Source: a virus (Duplodnaviria; Caudoviricetes). Taken from it: 24,486 nt of DNA. Positions within the stretch are counted from its first letter, which is position 1; each line of letters begins with the position of its first letter. The stretch covers positions 1 to 24,486 of IMG/VR virus record IMGVR_UViG_3300032318_000262; one strand, given 5' to 3'. A model generated the notes under the pieces. That model saw nothing but the letters and a program-made list of their open reading frames with translations. It had not been told where the DNA came from and did not search any database. Shown here piece by piece: positions 22,953 to 24,486 of this stretch. The translations under genes were made by a program, and so were the position numbers.

Positions 22953-23929
22953 TATAAAATCCCAGGTCTGACAATGTTATTGAGGTACTTGTTTAAAATC
23001 TTATCTACTAAAATGTTGCCAGTTCCATCAAGCAGTCTCTTGTCATATTCAATCTTAAACTGCTCTGTGCTGTATGCCTTTACATATCTCTTATAGTAAT
23101 CAAGTCTTCCACATTTAATGTCATTAATTAACATCTTTGTTGCATCTTGAATGTCATATGGTACTACTTTGTATCCAGTTTCTAGAAGAAGAATATAATC
23201 TGTTCCTTCAGAAAATGCTACTCCAGCACTAACCGTTTGAACATTTCCGCTGTCTTCTGTATCAAATAAAGAGATTGAGTCTGAGTATCCTAATGGTATT
23301 CTTGCTGGTTTTCTTTCTGCACGGTTTAAAGCATCTACTGTTTCTACAGGATCCTTTGTAATTGCAGTCTTGTCTTTTGTTATTAAATAGTTATATGTAG
23401 TTAATGCTGCTGGATCTTCTGATGAGTCGTATACTAGTTCTGCATTTTCGTGTACCGTTAAAATTTTATGTACTTTATCCCATAGCGGAATGTAGTCAGT
23501 TCCTTGGCCAACAACTTCTAGGTAGGTTCTCTTATAATAAAAACCACCTACAACTGAATCAATTATTGCTCTTGCAAGGTTTTCATACTCTGTATACTCT
23601 GCAATTTCTGTTGGTGTTGTTCCAAGTGTTGCTGGATCCACATATGGTCTTACAATGTCTAGATTATCTTCCAGAACAATATCTCCACGAATATCTTGAA
23701 CTCCAGATACTGTAATGCTTTCGTAAATTGTAACGGGATAAGACTTATCATATTTAATAAAATTGTCAGTAAGGGTATAGGTTAAAACCTTTTGAGCATT
23801 AGAAACACGAATAATCTCAAGTTCTGTTTGTTCCAATAGATCATCAATTACAATAATATACTCTGTAGATGCATCTGGAACGTTATAAGAAAGGGTCAAT
23901 GGGTATGGTGGGAGTCTAAGTATTTGCAT
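22952..23929 (-). CDS. putative head-to-tail adaptor
   Basis: LARAIIDS...GYKVVPYDIQDATKMLI...LVDKILNKY gp6/gp15-like helices with a ~95-aa beta-rich N-terminal extension; synteny. Confidence 0.7.
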   Translation of the reverse strand: MQILRLPPYPLTLSYNVPDASTEYIIVIDDLLEQTELEIIRVSNAQKVLTYTLTDNFIKYDKSYPVTIYESITVSGVQDIRGDIVLEDNLDIVRPYVDPATLGTTPTEIAEYTEYENLARAIIDSVVGGFYYKRTYLEVVGQGTDYIPLWDKVHKILTVHENAELVYDSSEDPAALTTYNYLITKDKTAITKDPVETVDALNRAERKPARIPLGYSDSISLFDTEDSGNVQTVSAGVAFSEGTDYILLLETGYKVVPYDIQDATKMLINDIKCGRLDYYKRYVKAYSTEQFKIEYDKRLLDGTGNILVDKILNKYLNNIVRPGIL

Positions 23930-24264
23930 TATTTACCGTAATAATTCGCTAATTCTTCAGGTGTGGCAAGGCGTACCTGCTTACGTGTTAGCCATTTTTC
24001 TGATGCTTCTTTGGTTACAATATTGTAACCTGGGGTTAGTTGGCCAACCTTTACCCAATATAAACTTTTACTTGAATGTATTGCAATCTTTTCATTTGTT
24101 TTACTTGGCTCAATGACTTCTTTGTTGGGATCTGGAATAAAACTGCCTATTGTTTCCAATATCTGCATTTTTGTTGTTGCCCCATCTAGGTTGATATTAT
24201 TCTTTTTGGCATAGGACTTTAACTCAAAAACAGTTTTTGTAACTAATTCCTCAATTGTAATCAT
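23929..24264 (-). CDS. HeH/Rho-N-like domain protein downstream of capsid
   Basis: LVTKTVFELKSYAKKNNINLDGATTKMQILETI is a helix-extension-helix pattern; AGGAGG at 24270-24275 favours ATG 24264 over 24267. Confidence 0.7.
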   Translation of the reverse strand: MITIEELVTKTVFELKSYAKKNNINLDGATTKMQILETIGSFIPDPNKEVIEPSKTNEKIAIHSSKSLYWVKVGQLTPGYNIVTKEASEKWLTRKQVRLATPEELANYYGK

Positions 24265-24280
24265 CATATCCTCCTAAGTT

Positions 24281-24289
24281 ATTATACCA
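24281..24289 (-). promoter_or_regulatory. extended -10 promoter TGGTATAAT
   Basis: Between the capsid terminator and the RBS of the next gene. Confidence 0.65.
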
Positions 24290-24295
24290 GAATGT

Positions 24296-24328
24296 GAAGA
24301 AGGGGGGCAGTTGTTACACCGCCCCCCC
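24296..24328 (-). terminator. GC-rich hairpin/terminator after major capsid gene
   Basis: Minus strand GGGGGGCGGT-GTAACA-ACTGCCCCCC followed by a weak tract TTCTTC. Confidence 0.75.
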
Positions 24329-24348
24329 AAATCAACTATTTATGAGTA

Positions 24349-24486
24349 TTACTCAGAAGTAGCGTTTGCATCTGCATAAGCAACTGCATCTAGTTCTTCC
24401 CATTGAATACCAAAGCGGACGAATACTGTGTATTCAATTGTATCCTTCTTTGGCTTGTATTCACGGTTTACAGTAATATCACGCTG
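24349..24486 (-). CDS. major capsid protein, C-terminal 45 aa (partial)
   Basis: Hand translation QRDITVNREYKPKKDTIEYTVFVRFGIQWEELDAVAYADANATSE*; typical HK97-fold C-terminal strands; followed by a terminator and head-tail genes. Confidence 0.8.
   Translation of the reverse strand, partial: QRDITVNREYKPKKDTIEYTVFVRFGIQWEELDAVAYADANATSE

Noticed and set aside
3786-23715. All other plus-strand ORFs in the track (e.g. 3786-4073, 13358-13819, 20544-20924, 21806-22177, 23404-23715)
   Set aside because: They lie antisense to well-supported minus-strand genes and have no recognisable motifs or expression signals.
1-24486. tRNA, CRISPR array, DGR template/variable repeats, integrase or att site
   Set aside because: Intergenic gaps are under 90 nt and explained by promoters and terminators. 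The TMP repeats differ at all base types rather than only adenines, and no reverse transcriptase or recombinase is present.

Overview
This window is about 24.5 kb of an AT-rich, long-tailed (siphovirus-type) phage genome, and every credible gene is on the minus strand. Read from the right end, the order is: the C-terminus of the major capsid protein, a terminator, an HeH/Rho-N-like protein, head-tail adaptor, stopper, neck and tail-terminator genes, the major tail protein and a second terminator. These are followed by two paralogous tail assembly chaperones, a 2882-aa tape measure protein (TMP), a distal-tail protein, a 1440-aa hub and four tail-tip proteins. A replication/regulation block follows without a break: Zn-ribbon, MerR-like HTH, two small proteins, DnaB-like helicase and a DnaG-like primase truncated at the window edge. 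Three things stand out. (1) Inside the TMP, a 308-aa basic globular 'cargo' segment with a possible His-Me nuclease motif is bracketed by two 55-aa copies of the motif normally found at TMP C-termini, which suggests an injected, swappable effector cassette. (2) The usual frameshifted G/GT chaperone pair appears to be replaced by a gene duplication, each copy with its own promoter. (3) Five extended -10 promoters show terminator-promoter resets, one likely leaderless mRNA and a direct-repeat operator candidate. All product calls come from motifs and synteny read by eye; no database search was run.
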